Source: Thermoplasmata archaeon (GTDB lineage Archaea; Thermoplasmatota; Thermoplasmata; GCA-020350865). From it: 17,405 nucleotides of DNA. Made by a program: the position numbers and the translations under genes. The first letter of the stretch is position 1. Each line of letters opens with the position of its first letter. The notes under the pieces were generated by a model that saw nothing but the letters and a program-made list of their open reading frames with translations, made no database searches and was not told the origin of the DNA. Of the stretch, positions 1-8,206 are shown piece by piece. The stretch lies in contig CP070751.1 of NCBI GenBank assembly GCA_020348445.1, forward strand, positions 1,223,303 through 1,240,707. Reading direction: 5' to 3'.

Positions 1-242
1 CTCCGTGCTCCTTTTAGGAGCACTCAGTTGTTAATTTATTCCAGTGAAAGGTGCTGGGAATCATAAATTCCCAACTTAACGGACCCTCGTCCTACCTCCG
101 GGCGAGGCTTCACTTTCCACCCTCTAGCCTTTCGCCTCTGCGCTTTTGATGTCTCGCTTCGCTCGCCATCTAAATTTTCAAATTTCTTCGAAATCCGAAA
201 ATGGACCTGGTACTATTGGTGAGCCCCTACCTGCTCAGGGCG
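1..242. repeat. Cassette-separating repeat R0, subtype A, left-truncated, carrying both optional inserts
   Basis: Nearly colinear with 4311-4552; ends in ccctacctgctcagggcg. Confidence 0.9.
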
Positions 243-261
243 GGAGGCTCGCTTCGTAGCA

Positions 262-636
262 TTATTCCAAAATAATTACGTTTTTTAGACCTTTAAAATG
301 TTTGTCTTTTGTTAATAATTTAGATTTCATTGAACGTGCGGAAGCATAAATGATTGCATCAATGCTATAAAGACCATGTTCTCTTTTCATATCTGCTCCA
401 AACAATGCGATTTTTGGGTCTAAATCAATTATTGAAGATTGTTCATAAATAAAATCAATTCTACTTTTCCATTTTCTATTCTCTCTTTGATATTTATTTT
501 TAATTTCTAATAATGCAATGCTTGGAGTATATATTGTCTCTTGATTATCAATATATTCTTTGACTATTTGTCCCAGATCTGATCCCGAGAAATACTCAAT
601 CCAAGCACTTGAATCAAATGTTACGGTCATGCTCAT
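262..636 (-). CDS. vapC: PIN-domain (VapC-like) toxin
   Basis: N-terminal FDSSAWIEY, later EI and SIIDL motifs, IDAIIYASA, LLTKDKHF; start may be the Met at 630. Confidence 0.85.
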   Translation of the reverse strand: MSMTVTFDSSAWIEYFSGSDLGQIVKEYIDNQETIYTPSIALLEIKNKYQRENRKWKSRIDFIYEQSSIIDLDPKIALFGADMKREHGLYSIDAIIYASARSMKSKLLTKDKHFKGLKNVIILE

Positions 637-814
637 CCCTAAGATCGCTTAAATCTGTTTGTTTTAACCAAGGATCCGCTCCAAACATGTTCTTGCGTTT
701 TCTTGAAAAATGCTTAGATAATATATCATTTATTGTAACTGATATTCTACGTTTACCATATTCTCTAACAATCTTTTGATATATATCGTCTCTAATCTCA
801 ATTGTAGTTCGCAT
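614..814 (-). CDS. Putative VapB-like antitoxin, 66 aa (MRTTIEIRDDIY...)
   Basis: Small gene overlapping the PIN start; the track ORF to 934 extends into repeat R1, so the ATG at 814 is preferred. Confidence 0.65.
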   Translation of the reverse strand: MRTTIEIRDDIYQKIVREYGKRRISVTINDILSKHFSRKRKNMFGADPWLKQTDLSDLRDEHDRNI

Positions 815-860
815 ACTATCAATAAGGCATATATGCTTATGCCTAATATATACTTTTCGG
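815..860 (-). promoter_or_regulatory. Archaeal BRE/TATA-like promoter with palindromic operator
   Basis: Minus strand aaaagtatata (847-857); inverted repeat aggcata 825-831 / tatgcct 838-844. Confidence 0.55.
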
Positions 861-887
861 TCTAAAAATGCTACTTCGCTCGCCTCC

Positions 888-1098
888 GTTAAGTGACGAC
901 CTCGTTCTTCGCTCTGTTGGGTAATCACCAACAACCGCTAAGGATTACTTCCTAATAAATGCTATTGGTCCAGAAGCAACCCTCCGGCTTAACGGAGCCA
1001 ACCTCCTACCTCCGGGCGAGGCATCACCTTCCACCCTCTAACCTTTCGCTCCTGCGCTGGACCCTGTGCAATCGGTACTCCCCTACCTGCTCGGAGCG
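888..1098. repeat. Repeat R1, subtype A
   Basis: gttaagtgacgacctcgttcttcgctct ... ccctacctgctcggagcg. Confidence 0.9.
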
Positions 1099-1117
1099 GG
1101 CTTGGGTGGATTTACTT

Positions 1118-1375
1118 TTAATAGATATTATCATGATGATCATAATCAAAAATAGTTACGGTCTTACTTTCTTCATCAATTTCATAAACAATTACAAAGG
1201 ATCCTATATGAGCTCTTCTAAGACCATCTAATGGGAATTTAAGTGGTTTAAAATGATATGGATCTTTTAAAATTTGTTTTATCTTTTTTCCAATCCGTCT
1301 TAATTGTTCTTTATCTTTTTTAGCTAACTTCTTAAATATCTTATCCGCTGAAGGCTTGATTTCAAGATTGTACAT
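1118..1375 (-). CDS. relE: RelE/ParE-superfamily toxin
   Basis: MYNLEIKPSADKIFKKL...LKDPYHFKPLK...RRAHIGSFVIVYEIDE pattern, 85 aa, basic. Confidence 0.8.
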   Translation of the reverse strand: MYNLEIKPSADKIFKKLAKKDKEQLRRIGKKIKQILKDPYHFKPLKFPLDGLRRAHIGSFVIVYEIDEESKTVTIFDYDHHDNIY

Positions 1376-1609
1376 TTAATTCAATCCATATCGATCTTCG
1401 AAAGATTTCACTTTAATACTCTTTTCCTTGCGGATTTTCTTGATTTTATCGATATATTCAGGTCTTAGTTCAGGTTCCATCACTTCTTCTTCGTAGATAT
1501 CTACTACTTTTTCAATTGCTTCGGATTTATCTTTAAGACCGTACTGTGCTTTTACAATGTTGAGTACTTGATTAGTGCGATTATCGATATCTATTATAGC
1601 TTTCACCAT
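1376..1609 (-). CDS. Antitoxin, resembles the archaeal DUF2683 family
   Basis: MVKAIIDID..NQVLNIVKAQYGLKDKSEAI..EPELRPEYI; directly upstream of the RelE-like gene. Confidence 0.7.
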   Translation of the reverse strand: MVKAIIDIDNRTNQVLNIVKAQYGLKDKSEAIEKVVDIYEEEVMEPELRPEYIDKIKKIRKEKSIKVKSFEDRYGLN

Positions 1610-1665
1610 ATTAACACCATGTTAATGTCATATATATTCCATATATATTTAATACTTTCGCTAAT
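1610..1665 (-). promoter_or_regulatory. Putative archaeal promoter of the TA cassette
   Basis: Minus strand gaaagtattaaa (1648-1659); direct repeat catatatatt at 1629 and 1640. Confidence 0.45.
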
Positions 1666-1689
1666 ATTTTCGTAAATCCACCCTTCGCC

Positions 1690-1889
1690 TTTAAGCCCCA
1701 TCCCTAAAACCATTATCTCTCTACGAGGATAAAGGTTTTGCCACTCCGTCGTGCGCTATGCCATGTGTACACTGGTAGTCGCTAATGATTTCTCCCTTTG
1801 GTCGCAACTTCTCCGCTCGGTCGTAACCTCGCTCCGAAGCGGAGCTTCCACAGATGCTTGCGTCAATGGGACATTGTCCTCGCATCGAA
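1690..1889. repeat. Repeat R2, subtype B
   Basis: tttaagccccatccctaaaaccatt ... gcttgcgtcaatgggacattgtcctcgcatcgaa. Confidence 0.9.
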
Positions 1890-1915
1890 AGGCGAACTAC
1901 GAAATGCTCTGTTTG

Positions 1916-1968
1916 CCACACCCTTCCGCTCCTCCGCTGAACCCACAAACGCCTTCTGCTCGGAGCGG
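1916..1968. repeat. Partial right-end fragment of a subtype C-like repeat inside the cassette
   Basis: ccacacccttccgctcctccgctgaa...cttctgctcggagcgg resembles 13850-13900. Confidence 0.7.
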
Positions 1969-1995
1969 TGCTGAAAGTCGTATGCCCCTTCAATT

Positions 1996-2403
1996 TTACT
2001 TCAATCGTAGTTCTTCTCCTTTGTCAAACTCAGCGAGAAATTGATCGATAGCTTTTACTCTACCTAATATTGGTGGAACATCATCGCTCTCTGCGATCAA
2101 AACAGGCGCTTCTAATTCATGACCACCTACTCTCATTTTTAGGTTATGCAGATAAACTACTAATCTGGCATAAGGTACAATGCCACTTACATCAGTTCTC
2201 ATTCCACTCTCTATATTCTCAATAAACATTGATCCTTGGGAGTATGGCAATACCGATAAATCAGCCCCTGTATCAACGAGAACATTCTCAATTATAAACC
2301 ATTTGTTACCTATTGGAGAGAAAATTTCAATATCTATTAATGGTCTTTTTATAATTCCCAATATCTTGCTGTGACGCTCTTTATATTTATGACTATTAGA
2401 CAA
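1996..2403 (-). CDS. Retropepsin-like (clan AA) aspartic protease
   Basis: RPLIDI...VLVDTGADLSVLP...PILGR signature; TTG start. Confidence 0.8.
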   Translation of the reverse strand: MSNSHKYKERHSKILGIIKRPLIDIEIFSPIGNKWFIIENVLVDTGADLSVLPYSQGSMFIENIESGMRTDVSGIVPYARLVVYLHNLKMRVGGHELEAPVLIAESDDVPPILGRVKAIDQFLAEFDKGEELRLK

Positions 2404-2551
2404 TTAGAATATCCTCCTTTGTAGGCACCCAGGACACAGATATTTTCCTATTAGGAAACTTATTCATTATCTCCTGGAATTTACTTTGGAGGTCTAAACC
2501 TTCCCATATCACATTATCATCTACCTTTATTATATACTTGTGATTGGGCAT
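2396..2551 (-). CDS. Small 51-aa protein (MPNHKYIIKVDDNVIWEGLDLQSKFQEIMNKFPNRKISVSWVPTKEDILIV), partner of the protease; not in the ORF track
   Basis: Hand translation; caggtga RBS upstream; TATA-like ctttatata at 2586-2594; overlaps the protease start. Confidence 0.65.
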   Translation of the reverse strand: MPNHKYIIKVDDNVIWEGLDLQSKFQEIMNKFPNRKISVSWVPTKEDILIV

Positions 2552-2670
2552 ATTGCGTCACCTGATATTAGATAGTATTTTAGCCTATATAAAGCCATCG
2601 CAATTATTTTAGCCCTTAATCGAGGCATCCCTTTATTATTATTGCTTATTTGGGCATTCCTCCGTTCGCC

Positions 2671-2870
2671 TTCAAGTGACGAACCCCGTCCTGAACGTTC
2701 GCTTCCGTCACTATTATTGACACGCTCACATGGGATTGCTCCCTTATCGTCTTTTCGATTATTTAGTCGCAACTCCTCGGTTACGGACCCATGCCCTACC
2801 TCGGAGCGGGGCATCATCCCTCCCCTAACCTTGCGCCCCTGCGCCGGCCCTACCCTACCTGCTCGGGGCG
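2671..2870. repeat. Repeat R3, subtype D
   Basis: ttcaagtgacgaaccccgtcctgaacgttcgct ... ccctacctgctcggggcg. Confidence 0.85.
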
Positions 2871-2895
2871 TCCTCGGAGAGGCCATTTAATTAGA

Positions 2896-3633
2896 TTATT
2901 CTTCTATTCTGCTTTTAATTTCCTTCTGGATTTTTTTATGATATCCTCTGTTATTACTGAATGCTAGAAAAGGAAATGTTCTCCCATCAGTAAGATAAAT
3001 ATTCCCCCGATCCACATTTGATATTTCTTTCCAACGGAATTCATACTTTCGATAGGGGAGAACCAATTCTAATGTATCTTTTCTGTAAACCACCTTATTA
3101 GGTGGTAAGATATATCTAACTCTTCTACCAGATATTTCATCCTTATTAATATATATCCTGTTCTTTTTAGCAATATCAAAAAGAAGATGCTTGCCTCTTT
3201 TCCCAAGCTCTCCTTTTTCTAAAAGAATTCGTTCATTGTATTTGGTAATCAAACAGATAGCCGCAATCCCAGGTATTCCTAAACTCTTATTTTTATAATC
3301 ATTGGGTAAAATTTCAATTATATCCTTATAATCTATTTTTTTCCGCTTATCGCTAAAAAAACCATCTGGTATTTCAAGATCATTTTGATAAAAAATTATG
3401 GGTTTCCTTTTAAAAGCAACATATAATTCCAAAATTGCTACAAGTAATACTATTGGACCTACTACTAAATATAATAATCTCGAAATAAGTTCTGATCCCC
3501 GAAAGTTGGTGCCAGGAATTAGGGCTAAGGAGATAATTAATATGGAAAGGAAAATCAACAAAAATCCAATGAATTTTGAAAGCCAAACATTGTTATAACA
3601 ACGGTAAATAATTTTTTCATTAGATTCATCCAC
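2896..3633 (-). CDS. Hypothetical membrane protein, two N-terminal TM helices plus soluble region
   Basis: 245-aa ORF filling the cassette; hydrophobic stretches FIGFLLIFLSILIISLALI and LLYLVVGPIVLLVAILEL. Confidence 0.7.
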   Translation of the reverse strand: MDESNEKIIYRCYNNVWLSKFIGFLLIFLSILIISLALIPGTNFRGSELISRLLYLVVGPIVLLVAILELYVAFKRKPIIFYQNDLEIPDGFFSDKRKKIDYKDIIEILPNDYKNKSLGIPGIAAICLITKYNERILLEKGELGKRGKHLLFDIAKKNRIYINKDEISGRRVRYILPPNKVVYRKDTLELVLPYRKYEFRWKEISNVDRGNIYLTDGRTFPFLAFSNNRGYHKKIQKEIKSRIEE

Positions 3634-3680
3634 TTTTGCTCACCCCAATAAGGATGGCCTTTCCTCGGACCCTTCGGGCT

Positions 3681-3958
3681 CTTAAGCCCCAACCTTGGCT
3701 CAGTCGTTTTCGGTATTTGTTTGATATAATATAAAACCTACCTTCACTCCCTCGCCAACCACCTCGCCGTGAACATTCGCTGCCGTCACCCAGAGGGTTT
3801 ACTCACTCACATGCGATTGGAGGTTTTTCCGTCTTTGACAGGTGCCACCTCCAACCCGTCGTGCAAACGGCCTTCCCTGCAACTCCGGGCGAGGCATCCA
3901 CCTCCCTCACACCGTTTCGCTGGCTCACCGAAGCCCTACCCCTTCAAGTTCGCCGACG
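3681..3958. repeat. Repeat R4, subtype C (divergent right end)
   Basis: cttaagccccaaccttggctcagtc ... gtgcaaacggccttccctgcaactccgggcgaggcatcc. Confidence 0.85.
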
Positions 3959-3979
3959 GGGAACTCGGGTGCATAGTTA

Positions 3980-4192
3980 TCATATCTCTTTCGGTTCATT
4001 AATTCGACGCAAGATTATGATAATAGGAATGATAAATAAGATTATTAAAATAATTCGAATCGTCCATATCACATTTTTATTAGAGGTGTTTAGGAAAAAA
4101 GTTAGGTATAAAAAAATGAACCAAAGGAAAATGTCAATATAGACTAAAGCATCAAAATAATTAATATTTCTTCCATTAAGTTCATCTTCCAT
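3980..4192 (-). CDS. Small hypothetical membrane protein (2 TM)
   Basis: 70 aa; ggtga RBS; fills the cassette. Confidence 0.65.
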   Translation of the reverse strand: MEDELNGRNINYFDALVYIDIFLWFIFLYLTFFLNTSNKNVIWTIRIILIILFIIPIIIILRRINEPKEI

Positions 4193-4211
4193 CTTTTCAC
4201 CCTTCGTTCCC

Positions 4212-4552
4212 TTAAGTGACGACCTCGTTCTTCGCTCTACCGGTTTTCACCTGTAACCGCTAAGGATTGCTTCCTAATAAATGCTATTGGTCCGGAAGCA
4301 ACCCTCCGGCTTCGTGCTCCCTTCAGGAGCACTTAGTTGTTAATTTATTCCCCTAATAAATGCTGGAAGTCATAAATTCCCAACTTAACGGACCCTCGTC
4401 CTACCTCCGGGCGAGGCTTCACTTTCCACCCTCTAACCTTTCGCCTCTGCGCTTCTGATGTCTCGCTTCGCTCGCCATCTGAATTTTCAAATTTCTTCGA
4501 AATCCGAAAATGGACCTGGTAATATTGGTTCTCCCCTCCCTGCTCGGAGCGA
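4212..4552. repeat. Repeat R5, subtype A with 74-nt and 58-nt inserts (longest copy)
   Basis: ttaagtgacgacctcg ... ccctccctgctcggagcga. Confidence 0.9.
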
Positions 4553-4578
4553 GCGAGGAGCCCCAATTTAATAGATTA

Positions 4579-4815
4579 TTATTTCTTTAGCGTTGATTTA
4601 AGTTGTTTTGGATTTAAATATAGTTCAATATGGCCACAATCTAAGCAAGTTCCACATAGAACTTGTTCACCTGAAAGCATCTTATTTGAAGAACGATATA
4701 ATATGCTCGATCCAGTGAATGCTCCAACTGCAAAGCTTCCAGATGTAACAAGAGATCCATAATCAAGTTCACCGCCACAATAAGAACACTTTTGTGATTT
4801 ATTCTTTGGTTCCAT
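4579..4815 (-). CDS. Small Zn-ribbon protein
   Basis: CSYCGG...CLDCGHIELY (two CxxC); ggtgaggag RBS. Confidence 0.7.
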   Translation of the reverse strand: MEPKNKSQKCSYCGGELDYGSLVTSGSFAVGAFTGSSILYRSSNKMLSGEQVLCGTCLDCGHIELYLNPKQLKSTLKK

Positions 4816-4832
4816 AATAATCGCTCCTCACC

Positions 4833-5052
4833 TTCAAGTGATGACCTCGTCCTAAACATTCGCTGCGTCGTTTATAGACGTCTCCGCTCACATAGAATTA
4901 CTCCTTTATCGTCTTTTCCATATCATAGTCGTAACTTTTTGGCTTCACGGCTCCTCAGCCTACCAAAAAGCGAGGCATCTCCTCCTCCCCTCTAGCCTTT
5001 CACTCCTGCGCTGGACCCTATACTATCGGTACTCCCCTACCTGCTCAGAGTG
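4833..5052. repeat. Repeat R6, subtype D
   Basis: ttcaagtgatgacctcgtcctaaacattcgctgcgtc ... cccctacctgctcagagtg. Confidence 0.9.
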
Positions 5053-5092
5053 GGCAACATTGGGCACTTTGTTACAATTAATATGTAAAATT

Positions 5093-5752
5093 TTAACTTC
5101 CATATCTAATCGGGTAGTTACTAGCTTTTATGTTAATATTATTGATCTTTTTTTCAATTTCATTAATTCCCTCTAGTAAATTCGCAAACAGTGGATTTCG
5201 ATTTAATTTTTCTTGCGTAATAGGAATTTTAACTTCTTTTATTTCTTTTAAAACTAAATGATATCTTCTAAGATTAAATTCCCTCTTAAATTCAAAGGCT
5301 AATGATTCGGCAGCTTCAAGAACTTCTACCGTCCATTTTCTTGGGGTATCTTTTGGAGTTTTCCAATTGGTATCTTTAAAATCTACATAAAGGCTTTGCT
5401 CTCTAATTATATTTAGGTCTTCAAATATTATAGTTCTTATTGCAAGGTCAATAGCATCTTTACCAAATAAACTTAGATCTGCAAAACTTGCTGTATATTG
5501 TTTCCTTTTATGATTTCTCCAAGTTTTCCAAAAAGTACCCCACTCAATTTTTTGTCCATTATTAATCCATACTGCTGCTAACAATAGTAAGTAAACTTTT
5601 CCAAGTTCTTCTAATGATGATATTGCTATAGCAGTTGCTGTTGAATAACGTCTTTTGCTATATAATCTCCTAGCGTCCTCTGCTAATTTATATCCGTTTT
5701 CTGCACATATACAAGCGCCTTTGATTGCTTCTTCAAATGTTATTTTTGACAT
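5093..5752 (-). CDS. AbiV-family (HEPN) abortive-infection protein, 219 aa
   Basis: LAEDARRL..RYSTA..A...LEELGK, NHKRKQ, REQSLYVDF...WKTP motifs; true start MSKITF at 5752 with aagggg RBS (the track extension to 5884 lies in R7). Confidence 0.75.
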   Translation of the reverse strand: MSKITFEEAIKGACICAENGYKLAEDARRLYSKRRYSTATAIAISSLEELGKVYLLLLAAVWINNGQKIEWGTFWKTWRNHKRKQYTASFADLSLFGKDAIDLAIRTIIFEDLNIIREQSLYVDFKDTNWKTPKDTPRKWTVEVLEAAESLAFEFKREFNLRRYHLVLKEIKEVKIPITQEKLNRNPLFANLLEGINEIEKKINNINIKASNYPIRYGS

Positions 5753-5791
5753 ATTACCCCTTCCCAAATTATTATCGTGCCCAATGTTGCC

Positions 5792-5991
5792 GTTAAGCCC
5801 CATCCCTAAAACCATTATTGTCCTTCGGACATAAAAGTTTTGCCACTGCCCTCCTTCGTTTTGTTGTTTATTGCTAACAACCACTCACGGTTGCTCAGCC
5901 TTCGGCCTCGCAACATCTCCGCTCGGTCGTAACCTCACTCCGAAGCAGAGCTTCCACAGTTGCTTGCGTCGCTAGAAAGCGTTTCGCAGCT
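5792..5991. repeat. Repeat R7, subtype B
   Basis: gttaagccccatccctaaaacc ... gcttgcgtcgctagaaagcgtttcgcagct. Confidence 0.9.
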
Positions 5992-6028
5992 AAGGCGAGG
6001 AATTTGTTATCACTTACTTCCTCGCCTT
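5992..6028. other. Empty (gene-less) cassette: perfect 11-bp inverted repeat around a 15-nt spacer
   Basis: aaggcgaggaa 5992-6002 / ttcctcgcctt 6018-6028, between two complete repeats. Confidence 0.8.
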
Positions 6029-6281
6029 CAAGCCCCGTCCGCTCATTGCGCTGGCTTATTTCACTATCATTCTCTACGCCTGCTCGTTCGCCCCTAAAAC
6101 CATTATTGTCCTACGAACATAAAGGTTTTGCCACTCCGTTCTGCGCTTTGTTGATTATTGCTATCAACCGCTAAGAATTGCTCGGATTTCATCCTCGCAA
6201 CTCCTCGTTCGGGTCGTAACCCTCACTCTGAGCAGAGCTTCCACAGTTGCTTGCGTCAATTGAAAATTGTCCTCGCAACTA
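6027..6281. repeat. Repeat R8, subtype B with an extra left module
   Basis: ttcaagccccgtccgctc...cccctaaaaccattattgtcc ... tgtcctcgcaacta. Confidence 0.85.
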
Positions 6282-6340
6282 AGACGACTCCCTATTGTTA
6301 ATAACGAATGGAGGCACTTAGCTTATTCTCCCCAAACCCT

Positions 6341-6392
6341 CCACCACACCATTGCGTGCCTGTGCTGAAGCCATCCCCCTTCTACTCGGCAC
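6341..6392. repeat. Degenerate subtype C-like right-end fragment inside the cassette
   Basis: ccaccacaccattgcgtgcctgtgctgaagccatcccccttctactcggc. Confidence 0.6.
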
Positions 6393-6408
6393 TTATAGAT
6401 TAAAAATG

Positions 6409-6795
6409 TTACCAAGATATTACTTTTAATGCAGTAACTCTTTTGAAATGATTGGTATCCCTTGTTATCAGTGAGCAACCATTTACTTTTGCTATTCCTG
6501 CTATCATAGCGTCTCTCATTGGTATTTCTTTTCCTTTTATCCTTAAATCTGCATAGATCCTAGCTGCTTCATCAGCTGCGAATCTGTTAAACTCGAATAT
6601 ATGAAATCTCGATAAAAGAAGTTGAGCAGCTTCTAATTTCTTTTTACTTAATTGATTAGCACCAGCTAATAGTTCAAAAAAAGAGATGGAGGTCGTGAAA
6701 TATTCTTTATTTTCATCAAGTTCGTTAACTAACTTTCGAACTTTCGGTACATCGTTTAAAACATCGATTAAGAAATCAGTATCTACACATCTCAT
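6409..6795 (-). CDS. vapC: PIN-domain VapC toxin
   Basis: CVDTDFLIDVL, SFFELLAG, DAMIAGIA, LITRDTNHF. Confidence 0.9.
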   Translation of the reverse strand: MRCVDTDFLIDVLNDVPKVRKLVNELDENKEYFTTSISFFELLAGANQLSKKKLEAAQLLLSRFHIFEFNRFAADEAARIYADLRIKGKEIPMRDAMIAGIAKVNGCSLITRDTNHFKRVTALKVISW

Positions 6796-7028
6796 TAGCT
6801 ACCCAACCTTCTTTTCAGTTCATCGTCGCTGTCTTCCCAGGATTTCTTAATATCTTCGAATATTTTCCGCTCTTTTTGAGATAGTTTCCATAAACCTAAA
6901 CATTCCTTCAATGTTCCATGTTTACTTGTCAACCTAAGTGCTAAGTTCGAAAAACTTTCACGCTCTCTTTTTTCCCTTATTAATGCTTCATATGCAGATT
7001 TCGTGATAGTAATTGTTTTAGTTACCAA
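6795..7028 (-). CDS. vapB: VapB-family antitoxin (DUF217-like)
   Basis: TKTITITKSAYEAL.REKR.RESFS.L..RL; cggtga RBS; TTG start; stop/start overlap with vapC. Confidence 0.8.
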   Translation of the reverse strand: MVTKTITITKSAYEALIREKRERESFSNLALRLTSKHGTLKECLGLWKLSQKERKIFEDIKKSWEDSDDELKRRLGS

Positions 7029-7075
7029 TGAATCACCGTTTAAACATATATGTATGTTTAGATATAAATATTTCG
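7029..7075 (-). promoter_or_regulatory. TATA-like promoter with palindromic operator
   Basis: Minus strand gaaatatttatat; inverted repeat taaacat 7041-7047 / atgttta 7054-7060. Confidence 0.55.
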
Positions 7076-7128
7076 GTTCAATTATCTAAAGTTCGTGCCT
7101 CCAGCCTCGCTTATTTTCGGGAGTCGCC

Positions 7129-7340
7129 TTTAAACCCCATCCCTACAAACCTTTAATGTGTTTCCATACTTAAACGGTTCGCGCCACTCCCCCAGCGGGC
7201 CGGTTGCTTCTTGTCCTCGATATATTTTGCTGGAAATATAACTCTTACTGTCGTCGCAACATCTCCGCTCGCCTCGTCGGCTAGCTCCGATAGGGAGCTT
7301 CCACAGATGCTAGCGTCAATGGGACATTGTCTTCGCATCG
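7129..7340. repeat. Repeat R9, subtype B
   Basis: tttaaaccccatccctacaaacc ... gggacattgtcttcgcatcg; only copy with AAA instead of AAG at the left end. Confidence 0.9.
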
Positions 7341-7390
7341 AAGGCGAGGGGGCTATTTAATTGCTTTTCGGAGTTTGGCTTTATACCTTA

Positions 7391-7449
7391 ACCTCCCCTT
7401 CCCATTTCGATTCTGCGCTGGCTCCATCCCCAACACCTGCTCGAATCGG
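7391..7449. repeat. Degenerate right-end fragment of an A/C/D-like repeat inside the cassette
   Basis: acctccccttcccatttcgattctgcgctggctcc...cacctgctcgaatcgg. Confidence 0.55.
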
Positions 7450-7470
7450 AAAATTCATAATTAAGATTAA

Positions 7471-7863
7471 TCACCAACTTTGTTTCTTAATTAATTTATT
7501 TTTTTGGAGTTTATTAAAATGAGAATCCTCAGATAATAATTTATTGCAATTATGTATTATATATGTTGATGCAATTATTGAATCAATACTAGGTATATTA
7601 TAAGATGTAGATATCTCTCCAGCTTTCTTAGCAATTTTAACATCACAGTCAACAATCTTTATATTTTTTCCTTTCATCAAAGAAGAAATTAAATCATCTA
7701 AATCCTTGAGTTTTCCTTTCCTAATTGCACTTCGAGTCAACTCAAGAATTGTGACAGATGGTATAACAAAACTATTCTTCTTTGTATCCTTGATCAATTT
7801 AATTGCTTTCGGATCGCTTTCACTCAATTTTATAAAGAACCAAGTATCTAAACAATATCTCAT
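7471..7863 (-). CDS. vapC: PIN-domain toxin
   Basis: YCLDTWFFI, SVTILEL, IDSIIAST, LLSEDSHF. Confidence 0.85.
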   Translation of the reverse strand: MRYCLDTWFFIKLSESDPKAIKLIKDTKKNSFVIPSVTILELTRSAIRKGKLKDLDDLISSLMKGKNIKIVDCDVKIAKKAGEISTSYNIPSIDSIIASTYIIHNCNKLLSEDSHFNKLQKNKLIKKQSW

Positions 7864-8105
7864 CTTTCATCTTCCCGTTCTTTTTGAATCTCTTTCCAAT
7901 CTGATTCTGTAAGACCGAGAGATACCAGTGATTCTATAATCTTTTCTATGGGTTTGGTTGCTACCTTATCTATCACAATCCGACCATCAACATCTATTAC
8001 TCTAACATATGAATTTGAGTTGATATTCTCTTTCTTCCTAATTTTAGACGGTATAACGATCTGGCCTCGTTCACCAACTTTTACTATCTCTTCTATTACT
8101 TCCAT
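7860..8105 (-). CDS. AbrB/MazE/SpoVT-family antitoxin
   Basis: KVGERGQIVIPSKIRKK.NI....YV.V...DGRIVI. Confidence 0.85.
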   Translation of the reverse strand: MEVIEEIVKVGERGQIVIPSKIRKKENINSNSYVRVIDVDGRIVIDKVATKPIEKIIESLVSLGLTESDWKEIQKEREDER

Positions 8106-8160
8106 AATATCAACTCAACGTATGAATATATGAAATTCATACATTATATACTTTTGCATT
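8106..8160 (-). promoter_or_regulatory. BRE/TATA-like promoter with perfect 8-bp palindromic operator
   Basis: Minus strand aaaagtatataa (8144-8155); gtatgaat 8120-8127 / attcatac 8135-8142. Confidence 0.6.
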
Positions 8161-8206
8161 AAATTATTAAAAGCCAATCTCCTTTTGTTTAAATTGCCCC
8201 CTCGCC

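Noticed and set aside
3941-3950. ccttcaag within the right end of R4, resembling a left-end motif
   Set aside because: Single occurrence with no repeat body following; probably local divergence.
5753-5884. N-terminal extensions of track ORFs 5093-5884, 614-934 and 13087-13632
   Set aside because: The extensions lie in repeats or IRs; internal ATGs with RBS (5752, 814, 13602) fit better.
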